A stretch of 64,000 nt of DNA from Rotaria socialis. Taxonomy: Eukaryota. Position 1 is the first letter of the stretch, and every line of letters begins with the position of its first letter. Shown here piece by piece: positions 27,265 through 40,878 of the stretch. The translations under genes were made by a program, and so were the position numbers. The notes beneath the pieces were generated by a model. That model had not been told where the DNA came from, ran no database searches, and saw nothing but the letters and a program-made list of their open reading frames with translations. The DNA lies in contig CAJNYD010000039.1 of NCBI GenBank assembly GCA_905331295.1, forward strand, positions 1 through 64,000, in the 5' to 3' direction.

Positions 27265-28681
27265 CTAGTATTTGTGTTCGGGCCAACGGTTTGTTGTACG
27301 TTCTTTAAATCCACGATCGACATAATCCGTTGAATCGAGGGTTTTCCATGGACTGACATTCTATTAAACAAAATTCGAATATTAATCAATCAAAAAACAT
27401 CACCAAAGACTTACCGCAACAAATTTTCCTTTATAACCATACACTTGATATCCACCCCATTTTTCCCAATCCTAGAATAAGAAAAAGAATTTAATTTTGT
27501 TAGTCATTCAAACGAGAAAATTCTTTATAATTTCATAAGAATTGCTCAGCTCAGTCGTAATATTATTAATCCCAATGATTCATGAAAATATTTCCAGTAG
27601 ACGAAAATACCGATTAAGGCACAGCAATTAGTATATATATATATATATATTGCACAGATCATCAAAAAATTACTCTATTTCGTTTTACATCTTAGCAAAT
27701 TTTGCTTTTTCAGTTGAATTGAATTCGTAATTTGAAACTTTTGATAAGTGAGTACTGATATATTAGGATTTATAGTTGTTATCTAATTTTGATTTTTATG
27801 AATTACGATCAAGTTGAGAGAATATCGAATGGAATTTTCCAACATTTTGAAAAATATTTCTTTGACGAAATAAAATGCTCAAAATTATTAGTCATACTGA
27901 ACGTTTTCAATTAGTTTTTAGGATACGCAATATAATATTAAACAACAAAAAAAAACTTTTGATACTCTCTCCTGAACATACCTGTTTATGATAAAGTACC
28001 ATGTATATCCAGCTCCAAATACCTAATTGAACAAGGAGCAATTTTGGAACTGTTTGACGAAGCATAGATGATGTAGTATTACCCTATTTAGTAAAAAGAA
28101 AGCAAAAGTTCGAAGGTCATCGATTGAAAAATGTAATCTAATATAATCTCTTCATGCAAATCAGTTGACAGTTTCATCTCACAAAAAAGAAAGATTTTTT
28201 TATCCTGATATGTCAGATTAGTCCCAACTATCACAAATTTTAATCTCTCGTTTGTTTGATTAATGCTCTGAACGATAAACCAAGGCGAACACTTTCTTTT
28301 TTAAATATATCAATCTCCGCTTGTACTCGACTTAGTTGAATTTAGTATTGAAGAAAAAAACTGTTTTCATTCGATACATACGACAACAGGACGTAAACGA
28401 TTGAATATACTATCCCAAAATACCATCCATCTGTAACGAACAGGATTTTTATGAATTTTATGTAAGTTCGGTACAAATTTCGGTTCATTAACTGCTAAAA
28501 CTTGATCTTGAAGCCATTGTTTACGCCATAAACGATCTTCGTTTGTTAAACGAAATGGTAAACGTGAACGTTCGTATTTAAATGGTTCAATATTAAATTC
28601 TCGTTCCCAAACGGGAAATTTATCTCGAATATCATGAGGATATAAGAAACGTTGTTCTTCCCATGAAGAATGACCAGTCAT
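27265..28681 (-). CDS. NDUFB6: NADH dehydrogenase 1 beta subcomplex subunit 6 (B17), 4 exons
   Basis: LTNEDRLWRKQWLQDQVLAVNEP...NPVRYRW, a single TM, then DWEKWGG and DYVDRGFK. ATG at 28681; exons ~28681-28382, 28084-27982, 27472-27415, 27361-27265. Confidence 0.85.
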
Positions 28682-29501
28682 GATCAAATAACTACTTGGG
28701 AATTATCACAACGGATGAAGAATCTAGGAGAAAATGAAATTTATGATAAGATAAAAGATATGTTCCCAAATGTATAAATTTGGCTCTACAAAAAAAAAAA
28801 CAGTATGTATTTCGAAAAATCATAGACAAAACAAAACAAGATTGTTTATTTGTCAGAAAAATCCAAGCGCTACAGTCAATGTCAGCATTTCATGGATGGC
28901 AGTAAATAAAAATTTAATTAGAATCAAAATATCATTCGTATTGGAGAATAAATTCTTTCGCTTGATAAAATTCATTAGGTTTTTATTCAAAAATTAAAGC
29001 TCGTAATTAGATGTCTTTTTCGTGGATGTAGACTTTCATTCTATTGGGCAATTCTATTTCTTTTCTCTTCGTTTACTTCTCTCTCTTTTTTACTTTTACT
29101 AACCCATATGTTTGGAACATGGCATGCTCACACATCGTAAATTGTCGTCATCAGAAAAAATATACTTAACGGACGGACGACTGAGTACAAAAATTAGTTC
29201 GTCCGGTCTTTCTCATTTCTAATATCGGCGTCTCTATCCGACGGGTGTGTAAACAGAAGAATGTAGTCTTGATATTACGCGAGTAGGCGAATTATAGAGC
29301 CATTTATACATATATAAAGAGCTATCTGATAGACAAGTTTTTTGATTCTACAATGATTCATTATTGCTTTGAATCAGAATAGAACAACAATGAATTCTTC
29401 TCTTTATTTATTTAGATCAGTTTATTCATAGATAGACACCTGTTCGGCGAAAGTGATACATCTATACGTTGACAAAGTCCGATGTTGATTGTTGTTTGCT
29501 G

Positions 29502-32500
29502 ATGTCTACCACGCCACAAGGCTCTACATCAAATCAAGACGAAATAACCTTAGGTACAACAACTACAACTACAACCACAACTTCTACAGTGTCTCAACAA
29601 GAACATACTGCTATCAACGACGGTAGTGATAGTCGACGTCACGAGGCATTTGATTTGCCTATATCAAAAAAATTTAAATCGTCCACCACATTAATTAAAA
29701 ACGGTAGTGATCCAACAAGCATGTCGTCAAATTGTAATACAGCAAATCTTGTTGAAGCTATGGAACATACCAATGGAGAAACGAATTGCAATGGAGTAAG
29801 TTTTACTTTTTCTTTATTCACCCGACGAGTAAGATACACCTCTCATAGTGTTTTACTTTTCGAAGTTTTTTTGCGCGCAAAAAGAATACATTTAATAATC
29901 CAAAATGGTTTATTTTCGAACGAATTTTTGTTTTAAATCAACTTTTAATAAAAGTTATTATCTGATTGATGTAAGTGTTATAGATTTTCATTGACTAAGT
30001 ATTCCGTTCACGTTGACTGACATCTGTTTTAAAATAAAAAAAAAAAGCAAATGCTTTAACGTGTCGTCGTGGCCGTCTTTCCCTCCATTTTTCTTCTTTC
30101 CATTCTTTGCATAGCTCGTCTGTAACAGGTGATAGAAAGAGAAGAAAGAAAAGCGAACGACAAAAAAAAAGAAAGAGAAAAAAAAGCAAGAAGAAAAAGA
30201 ACCAACAGACTCACCCCAGTTTTTTTTTCGCTGTACTATTTCTCGCTGCCCTATCAACGATAGAAAGAAAAATGAGAAAGCAATAGCAGTAGAGATTGTA
30301 TTTGACGCTGTCGTTTGCTTTATCTGACTCACTCGAGACGTTGGCAGAGTATTTGCTTAAATGTTCGCATACTGTTTTTCTCCATCTACATAATTGCTTT
30401 CTTTTTGGAAGGGAAGTAGAGGATTGACGCGTAACTGACGATTATTGTAGCAGGTGAACATCAACACCAGTTTTTTTTTTCTAATTTGTTGTTGTTAATT
30501 AAAATAACAAGGATGAATACAAGCGTGCACACCTTTGCATATGACGTTCGTAATATCATCTGACAGAGTAAAAAGCTTCCATAAAGAGAAAAACAAATAT
30601 ATACATACATATAGATTACTATGAATATAATTTTTCATTTTATCGAATGTTTTAGAAAAGTGAGAATAATAATTCACAACATACGACGACGTCTCAACAA
30701 ATGGCCGGCGTTTTTCAACATCAGACGTCGACATCATCGATGAAAACTCCAGAAATCGATGAAGGTCTTTATTCACGACAACTGTAAGACTTAGCCTTTT
30801 TTTCACGTTATCGATAAAGATAAATCGTATATCTGATGATTTTTGCTTTAGTTACGTCATGGGAAGAGAAGCTATGCATCAATTAGCCAGTGCTCACGTT
30901 CTTATATCAGGCATGCGTGGTCTTGGTGTTGAAATAGCAAAAAATATCATATTAGGTGGTGCTAAATCAGTTATTGTTCATGATTGTGGAAATGTTGAAT
31001 ATGCAGATTTATCATCACAAGTAAAATTAGAAAAAAAAAGAAATTTTTTACGAATTCTCTTATACTATTTTTTGTTTAGTATTATTTTACTGAAAACAAT
31101 ATTGGTCAAAATCGTGCTGAAGTATCCAACAAACATCTATCTGATTTAAATAATTATGTGAATGTAACATTTTCATCGGCGACAGTTGATGATGCTTTTC
31201 TTCTAAAGCATAAAGTCAATGTAAATCATTAGTTTGAAATTTTCAAATCAGATTTAATAAAAATAAAACTTCTAGGTCTACGTTCTGACAGATGCTGATT
31301 TGGAAGAACAATTGAAAGTAGGCAAACATTGCCATGAACATAAAATAAAATTTGTCAATGCAAATACAAAAGGTTTATTTGGGTAGGATAAATAGTTAAT
31401 TATTCGTTTCTTGTTTTTATTCGTTTTGTTCTTCAATAGACAAATCTTTTGTGATTTTGGTCTTGATTTCGAAGTAATCGATACAAATGGTGAAAATCCT
31501 TTAACACAAATAGTGACAGAAATAAGTCAAGTATGCCTTGTTATACACTTTTAAAAATTTTGTTATTGTTAACTTTTCACTGATAAGGATGAAGCAGGCG
31601 TTGTTTTTATGTCTACAGATACGAGACATGGTTTTGAAGATGGTTCCTATGTAACTTTCCATGGTGTCAAAGGAATGACTGAAGTTAATGAACGAGAATT
31701 TAAAATCTCGGTACCAAGTATGTAGAACTTTTCTTTTTTTTTTGTGGTAATTCATTTGATCAAAACAAATAATAATTATTTTTAGGTCCATATACATTCA
31801 CTATTGGCGATACAAGAAATTATGGTGTTTATGAAGGTGGTGGAACTGTAACTGAAGTAAAAAAGCCAGAACGAGTGAATTTTGTATGTAAAATTATTTT
31901 GTAATAATGAAGATTTTGAGTTTTTGTTTTTCAAATATTTAGAAACCATTTTCTGAGTCTTTAAAAGATCCAGAATTGCTTGTTTGTGATTTTGCAAAAA
32001 TGTCTATGCCAGCTAATCTTCATTTAGCTTTCCAAGCGTTTGCTCGTTTTAAACAACAATACAATTCTTCACCAAAACCTTGGGATGATGTATGCTATAA
32101 TGAATCCTTTCTTTCGCATACTTAATACTTGTTTTTTTTCTTTTTAGAGTGATGCAGATAAATTCGTTGAAATAGTTGAAAAACTAAATACTGAAAATCG
32201 TGAACAACCATTAACAGATGAATTGAATAAACATTGGATAAAATTATTTGCTAAAACATGTACTGGTGATTTATGTCCAATGCAAGCTGTTATTGGTGGC
32301 ATTGCTGCGCAAGAAGCCATGAAAGTAATTGATTGGCATTATGAATTGAATTGCTTCTGATTTCGTTTTTACTAGGCAGTCACAGGGAAATTTATGCCGA
32401 TTCGACAATTTTTCTATTTCGATGCGATTGAATGTTTACCTGAAAATGTTTTTCTACCATCTAATGAAGTAACAACCGAATCTCCAACAGTAGTTAATTT

Positions 32501-35452
32501 ACCGATGAAGCCTTCGCGATATTTATCGCAAGAAATTATTTTCGGTCAAGATTTTCAAGAAAAATTAGGCAAATCAAAATATTTTGTGGTAAGAAAAACA
32601 AAACAAAACAAATGCATGAATATTTTAAGATAATTAATAATAAAAATTTGTTGACATATAGGTCGGTTCAGGTGCCATTGGTTGTGAAATGTTGAAAAAC
32701 TTTGCTATGATGGGCATTGGATGTAGTGAAGAAGGTTATGTTTACGTAACAGATATGGATTCAATTGAAAAATCAAATTTGAATCGACAATTTCTATTTC
32801 GTTCATGGGATATAGGCGTAAGTTGTTGAATTTCGATATGATTTAAGTATAATTGAATTGTCAAAATTCTATTCATATTTTCAGAAAATGAAATCAACAG
32901 TTGCAGCTGAAGCAGTAAAAGCAATGAATTCACGTATGAATATTCGTGCCTATGTTGACGGAGTATTACCGGAAACAGAACATATATTTAATGATCAATA
33001 TTTCGAAGACTTGGATGGTTTGGTGAATGCACTCGACAATGTCAAAGCTCGTAAGTATCTTTTGAAAAACAAAAATAGAACTATTCAGGCAAACAATTAT
33101 TTTTTGCACTGATCTGATGATAATGATAATTCTTTCGATAGGCCACTTAAGACATTAAAAAAAGATGTTATTATTGTTTCTTCTACTTGAGTCCAATCGA
33201 TCAGAAACTGCTATTAAAGAGCAGATAGCCTGTCTACCACTTAAGCATAAGGATTTATCTAAAGAATTCAGACTTATTCTATTTGTAAACGATGTCAAGA
33301 ATATTTACCTATGTGTGCCTCAAAGATACGAATTGATATCTTTATACTTAAAAGTTATGTAATCCGATAGGATTCTTGGTAGTGTCTAGTTAGCTTAATC
33401 TCAATGACTGAATTTGACATTGTTCAACGAACGTGATGTTAGAAGGACAAAAGAAAAGAACAAAAAAAAGTGCGAGTTATTGCATGCGAAATAAATGCGA
33501 TATTAATATTCATGAGGATAAAAAAAAGCATTTTTCTATGAACTGTATTGAAAGATGTAGAATAAAGTTATCCAAGGACTTGCTTAGAATGTTCATTATC
33601 TATCCAAATGAATTGCAGGAAGTGAGTTTTCCAAGAATTGCTCACATCAATAATTTTCTTATTATCTATTCGTTCGTACTTACAATTGTTTCACTTGCAC
33701 AAAAACTAACCTCGAACAAATTATGATGATTTTTCCTCTTCTTTTAAGGTCAATATATTGATCGCCGCTGTGTCTACTATCAAAAACCATTGGTTGATAG
33801 TGGCACGTTAGGTACAAAAGCAAGTGTACAAGTTGTTGTTCCATTTCTTACTGAATCCTATTCATCGACTAATGATCCACCTGATCCATCAGTACCTATG
33901 TGTACTTTACGTAACTTTCCCAATTTAATCGAACATACAATTGAATGGGCGCGTGACAATTTCGCTGGTCTTTTTACGATTCCTGCTCAACAAGCCGAAG
34001 AATTTATGCGAGGTGCAAAAGAATTTGCCGAACGAACATCTAAAAATCATTCAGAATACGATAAAACAGAAATTGTCGAAAATGTTAAACGCATGCTTGG
34101 CAGTGGACGTCCAAACTCGCTCTCCGATTGTATCTGTTGGGTAAATATAAGTTATTTACAAAAACAAAAAATAAAATATTCCTTTTCTAATAGGCACGTC
34201 ATCTTTTCGAACAACAATTTCATAATACAATCGCCCAGTTACTTTTCAATTTTCCACGTGATCATGTTACAAGCAAAGGTGAACGTTTCTGGAGTGGAAA
34301 TAAACGATGTCCACATGTTTTGAATTTTGATGTTAATAATCCGCTTCATTTGGATTTTGTTGTGGCTGCGTCAAATTTACTTGCGCACATTTACCAAATT
34401 CCGCAAACACGTGATCGTAAACTGATCGCTGAACAAGTTGCAACTATACACATACCTGAATTTAAACCAAAGGCTGGTATTACAATACATGAAAATGATG
34501 AACAAATGAGAGCCGATAATGATAGACAAAAAAATATAACTGCAATGCGCAAAAATGGCCAAAGTGCAAACGATATAGAAATTGAACAACTTCTCGATCG
34601 ATTACCGTCTCCTGAAAAAATAGTTAACATTAAAATTCAACCACATGAATTTGAGAAAGATGATGATACAAATTTTCATATGGATTATATTACGGCTACA
34701 GCAAATTTACGAGCTGAAAATTATGAAATTCAAACAGCTGACCGAAGTAAAATTAAACGAATTGCAGGAAATATTATTCCAGCTATTGCAACAACAACAG
34801 CGATGGTTACTGGTCTTGTTTGTCTTGAAGTTTATAAATTTATTCAAGGCCACAAGAAGATTGAATCATACCGAAATGGATTTGTTAATTTGGCCTTACC
34901 ATTTTTTGGATTTTCTGAACCAGTACCACCTAAACGTCAAAAAGTAAATAACTCGTTTTAACCGAGATATCATTTCTGTAAAACTATGAAATTCTTTTAA
35001 TTCTAGTATCTTGACAAAGAATTTAGTTTATGGGATCGATTTGAAGTAAAAGGTGATATGAGCTTGGAAGCATTTATCGAATACTTTAAAGTAAAGACAA
35101 AAACATGAATGTAGAATTTAAGATTTTCATTTTTGAATTATAAATTTTAGCATACACATAAGCTGGTGCCAAACATGGTTTCAGCAGGAATGTCCGTTAT
35201 CTACAGTCCACATTTTATGCGTCAAGCAAGTAAAGCACAAGATATGAAACGAAAGTATGTCAATTTTTGTTTTCGATTATTATTTATGTTCAAATTATTA
35301 TTTATTTTGTTAGAATTTCTGAACTTTTTGAAACGGTAACCAAATCAAAGATTCCTCCTCATGTTCGTTCTCTTACATTGGATATGTTGTGTGATGACTT
35401 GGAAGGAAATGATGTTGAAGATGTTCCTTATATCAAGTATACATTCAGATGA
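29502..35452 (+). CDS. UBA1: Ubiquitin-activating enzyme E1, multi-exon
   Basis: [58 protein letters not shown], catalytic [33 protein letters not shown], and C-terminal EDVPYIKY. Confidence 0.96.
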
Positions 35453-35945
35453 ACACTCAGAAAATATATCCAAACTAAAACGACACAAATAAGCTATTGT
35501 TCTTGATCAGTCCTTCTATTGTGTTATTCTATTCGCTTATTTGTCTCTTGTATCTTTGTGAGTGTGTGTGCTCATTTTTCCTTGTTCTGTTTTATTATTA
35601 TTCCAGAGTGCTCAAAGTAAAAAAAATAAAGAAAATAAGAACATCTTTATAATCAATTAATATAATGATATCTTTAGAATATGATCAATCGACTAAAGAA
35701 TGTAATAGTTTGAGTAAAGTATTCGATAGCCTGAACAAAAAAAGCGACAGATGAATTTTTACTCAATAAAGATAGACCCGTTCTTGACGATCGTCTAAAC
35801 ACTGAAACTCTAATTGATATTTTAAAATTTACGTTTGTCTTGATTATGCTAAACAAATCAATACGAAATAAATAATCAATGATGGCGACGAATCTCGAGT
35901 ACAGCAATGGCGCTAACATCTTTCAAAAGATCTAACAAGTCGTTT

Positions 35946-36502
35946 TTCGGATCGGGCTTCATGCATTTGATAGACCCTATTGAAGTATGAAAAACCCCAA
36001 AAGGACAAGTGCCCATAGATCTTCTACTCCGAATTATAGGCGTTTTACTGGAATTTTACTCTTTACCGTGGTATACACCAAAAGCTTGAATGGTGATATT
36101 TCGACCTGTGATTTCGCCCATAGATAGGCCTATTTATGAATAGGATGTCCTGAAAATTTCGGCTCAAACAAATGTTTTATTCCCGAGATATTTAACTTCC
36201 AAAAATCACTGATATTTCACGAAGGATTCTAGGCTTTCTTTTTTTTTGGAAGTTAAGTATCTCGGAAAGAAAATATTTGTTTGAGCCGAAATTTTCAGGG
36301 CATCCTATTCATAAATAGACCTGTCCATAGACGAAATCTCAGGTCGAAATATCATCATTCAAGCTTTTGATATATACCACGGTAAAGACTAAAATTCCAG
36401 TAAAATGCCTATAATTCGGGGCAGAAGGCCTAAGGGCATTTGTCCTTTCGGCGTTTTTCATACCTCAATAGGGTCTACCAAATGCATGAAGCCCGGTCCG
36501 AA
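35946..36502. mobile_element. Foldback/MITE element: ~260-bp inverted arms with a ~37-bp spacer
   Basis: 35946-36205 is the reverse complement of 36243-36502 (about 90% identical by eye, mostly transitions). Confidence 0.85.
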
Positions 36503-36638
36503 GGGTGTGGATGAGTGAAGACGATAACCATTTGTCCATACTTGCACTGATACACTCACACCGACACACCCGTGCCCTCAAATAAATAAATTTTTATTTT
36601 AATCTCGTGCTGATTAACATATTTTTTAAATACAGTTA

Positions 36639-36707
36639 GGGAGCAAGTGTCTCTGGGGAGCAACTAACCGGGGAGCATCTTTCTGAGGAGCATCTTGCCG
36701 GGATTCC
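36639..36707. repeat. Four ~15-bp tandem units with a GGAGCA core (TE-terminal-like)
   Basis: gggagcaagtgtctct ggggagcaactaacc ggggagcatctttct gaggagcatcttgcc gggattcc. Confidence 0.6.
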
Positions 36708-37506
36708 ATTAAAACATAAAAGGTAACGAACATGACTCTTTTACACGAAATATATCATATTCTTGTAAGTGGATTTCGAAGTAGAATATCATTTTATCTT
36801 TTTAATTGCTTATCTGTTGGTTTTGGCAGTCATGTATTTAGATAACTGATATGATCAATTTGAATTTACACAATCTATAAGAGTCAAAAACGATTTTGTT
36901 AAAGTTACGCATGTGTAGCTAACAGAACGCCACATCTAGTGTCACTTACACTAACCTTCATCTAGAGATAACATCTGAGAAAATCAGTATAAATATTGAT
37001 ACGGCGAAAGAAATCGTTAGTATTTAAAAAGAAAAGCGAACTGTATCTTTTCCAAAAGAAGAATACATAATCGATCATCATCTATGCATGAATCTTCTGA
37101 GATACTTAAATAGTCGAAAATGATGTAGATACGTCACTATGGCGTAGAAAAATTGAATATTTTAACTAAACCACGATGATTTTTATATAAGCAAGCTGAT
37201 TATTAAAATATTTGAACGCATAGAAGTGCTCGACTTTATTGTTATAATGAGAGTTTGACGATGCTGAAAGCATGAATTAATTATAATGTTTTTTTTTCCT
37301 ATACGCATTTGTGTGCTGAATAATCTGTGGGAATATGACGTTGCCATTGGAAGAAAAAGAAATGCAAATAAGATCACTAAATATACGCACAATTTTTAAT
37401 TTCAAAGTATATTTTCGCTCACTAAAGGAAGACCCTAAAAATAATCAGTATTTTTCATTGTTGTGCAAAGAGCTTGTCAAAAGTTATTCACTGCTGATCA
37501 GTAAAG

Positions 37507-40145
37507 ATGGAAAGCAATAATGAAAATAGATGGTCGGTCTCGATCGATCATCCTGATGTGTTCTCAATACATCGCGTTTATGATCAAGAATCGCCTTCAA
37601 CAACGAGTACTTGGGATGTAGAGCGATCTGTGGCGACGAGTAATTGGGATTTAGAGTCACCTCCGAAAAACAATGCTTGGGATGTAGAACCATCTCCGAA
37701 GCTCAATGCTTGGAATACACAATCGTCGTCATCATTTCAGGCTTATGACCAGGCGAATACGTCAACGAAAAATGACACCATCAAAACTAAAAGGTAATGG
37801 ATTGAGTAGTTTTTTTTCTACATTGATCTATGCGTTCGTTTACCATGTTGTTCTGTTTTATTATAGCGAACGATATGGGAAAAAAGAAATCATTTTATGG
37901 ATTCTTATCGGATTCTCAGTGGGTGGAATTGCATTAGCAGCGGTGACTACTGCTTACGTACTAGACCTATCATCACAAAGTATGACATTAAACTGTAAAG
38001 TTTGAAATAGTTTAGCAGTATAAATATTCATTTTTAAAACCAATCAATCATTATCAACAAAGTATTTAAAAAGAAAAGATCTGAGTTAGTATTTTTCGAG
38101 TGGGGCCGGTCCAAGTGTAAGCCGATCTTGCACTTATCAAACACTTTCATCCATAAAGGATTGTAGTGACTCTCCCAATATAGAAGATCGAAAGAAGTGT
38201 TTTTAGTAAATGCATCAATACCGAGAATGAAAACACTGCTCCAACTTCTCTGACTCAACTCAAAAACAAAATTCTAAGAACTTCACAAAGAGTTTCTACA
38301 CATCTTCAGTTATGCGAATAGAATCACCTAAAATCGCATCATTCGCGCATAATCTCAGTTTGGTAATTAAATGCTTTATACACAATAGCTTTAATGAATT
38401 ACATTTCATTACTTTTTTTATCTTGAACTTTTATGTATAATCATCTACAGCTACTGCAACCTCAACAACGACGACAACCACAACAACAACAACAGCAACC
38501 GGAACGACGACAACCACAACCACAACAACAACCGAAACGACGACAACCACAACAACAACCTCAACAACGACGTCTACAACTTGTGAGATTCTCTTATCTA
38601 TTTTAAGCACCAGAAAAGTTTCTGAAACTATACTTTGAAAAACTAAAATGGATTGCAATCGCACGAGTGCTTTGATACTTATGAATCGCCATGACTATAT
38701 AGATCTTTAGATATTAAATGTTTAGGATTTTATGAATCATTGATCTAATTATAAATTCGATTAGTTTATAAATTACTATTTTTGATTTTCATTAAAACAA
38801 ACACATTCACCTATAGTTCTCAACATTTCTACGACCTGATTTGCATTTAAAATATATTTTGATTTGAAAACATTTGTAAAATTTCATTTTAGCTACGTCT
38901 ACTACAACAGCTGCATTCATTGATCAAGCCTTTTGGCCACTTGATAACAACACTCTTGAATTATACAATGGCCTTAATGGCGTGCTTTCTGGTACTCCAT
39001 CGTATACAACTAGTTTTCTTGGTTATGGAGCCGCTATTAGTCTTAGTCAAGCATCATCACAATATGTTTATATTTCACCAACAGTCATTCCTTTAGATTC
39101 GCGTAGTTTCACTATTGAAGCATGGATTTATCCGATTGGTTTTACCGCAAGTGATTTTGGAATATTTGGTCAATGTCAAGCTACAATTACCAATCGATGC
39201 TTACACTTCACATCACGAAACATAATGTTATACTGCGGTTTCTTTGCCAATGACATAGCAGGTGTTACTACACTAACCATGAATGCTTGGAGCCACGTCG
39301 CTTGTGTTTACGATTCAACCGCACGAATACAACAAGTCTGGCTCAATGGCGTGCTTGATGCTTCACGTTCCGCGAGCCCTTATCAAGGTTTATACGGAGC
39401 CACAACCATTGGTGCCACATTCAGCTCAGGTGTCGCTGCAGGTTTCAATGGTTATATCGATCAAGTTCGATTTGAATCGAGAGCTAAAAATGCTACTGAG
39501 CTGTTGAATGATGCTACTCTGTATGTCTATTATTCATTTGATGGTGGTTCTCTTGTTGATAATGGCATTAATGGTATCAATGGAACTGCTTCGGGAAGTG
39601 TAGTTAGTACAACAGGTCGATTGAATGGAGCAGTTCAATTTAGTTCGAGTTCCTATATATATTACACGTATCCACCATTTTACTTTTTGGGTATTAGTAA
39701 TCAATCTTTCAGTATATCTTTATGGGCAAACCCGACAGGTAGCTATGCTGCATCGACACTGGTTTATGTGCTACAAAACCTTGGTTGGTGTGTTCACTTT
39801 ATAGTGATGAACTCGACTGGATTGTTAAGCGCACATCTGTGGAATGGTCACGATATTACCGCTACTGGTTCTATAATTCCGTTAAATAGCTGGACACATA
39901 TTGGATACACGTATAGTTACAGTAATGGCCTGAGATTATATATCAATGGTAATCTATATTCATTTACGGGAAGTTTTATATTTACCGCCTCTGGAGTTCC
40001 TATGCATATTATTTTGGGTAGTGATGGAGGTGGAACCAACTGCGCTCCAGGTTATGGAGGTCCTTTTACTGGTGCTCTCGATGAGTTCTACCTGCATACC
40101 CGTGAAATAACAGCATCAGAAGTTCAAAAACTGGCGAATCCTTAA
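37507..40145 (+). CDS. Type II membrane protein with a Thr-rich mucin stalk and two LamG/ConA-like domains, 4 exons
   Basis: TM IILWILIGFSVGGIALAAVTTAYVL; poly-Thr exon ~38450-38582. LamG motifs SFTIEAWIYP...WSHVACVYD...VWLNG...FNGYIDQVR and FSISLWANP...WTHIGYTY...LYING...FTGALDEF. Confidence 0.85.
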
Positions 40146-40878
40146 ACTATGATTTACCTTTTGATTATCTTTGGCTCACACTTCTCTTTGCTTGTTTTCT
40201 TTTTCGACAAGACAAATACTTTATTGATTTTATATATACGTTCATACACGCACCTTATTAGTAGAATGATGCTGTAGTAATAATTACATAGATCTCACAT
40301 TATAGTGTCAAATAAAAAAAAGATATTAAGTGATAGATATTTCATGATGCATTTAAACTTTACATGAGAGTATTGCAGTTAACCTTTGAAAACACTGCTA
40401 GATGTAATCTATTGAAACTTGCGGAAGGTAATTTTATTAGCTACGAGTCACACATTCTTTTAAGCAAAACAACGGTGACTTGTGTTTCACATCATTGAAA
40501 AGTGAAACTCGTTCGTATGAGAATATATCGGAATAATTTAAAACTAGGAAGTATAAGAATGAAGGAGCAATTAAATTTGATTGGTATATTTTCACTTGAT
40601 ATTGCTTTGTATTAAATCTATTCCAACAGATCAACGAAATGTAATCATTTCTTTCATTTTGCTTTATTAAATATTTGCACATTATTATGTATTTATCAGA
40701 AACAAAAAAATTAAAATATTCCATAAAACTATTAACGATAAATAAATTTTGCACTTTTGTGTTTTGTTTTCTACACTCATCATCTAATCGTTTATAAAAA
40801 TTACAATGGATAGAAGAGAAATCACCGGAAATGAGAACAGCAGAAAAAGAAAAATAAGCATTCTATCATTACGGAAAA

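Noticed and set aside
33165..33726. ORFs inside the long UBA1 intron
   Set aside because: Short, no motifs, AT-rich; likely spurious.
38431..38664. Poly-Val ORF on the minus strand
   Set aside because: Antisense of the poly-Thr stalk exon.
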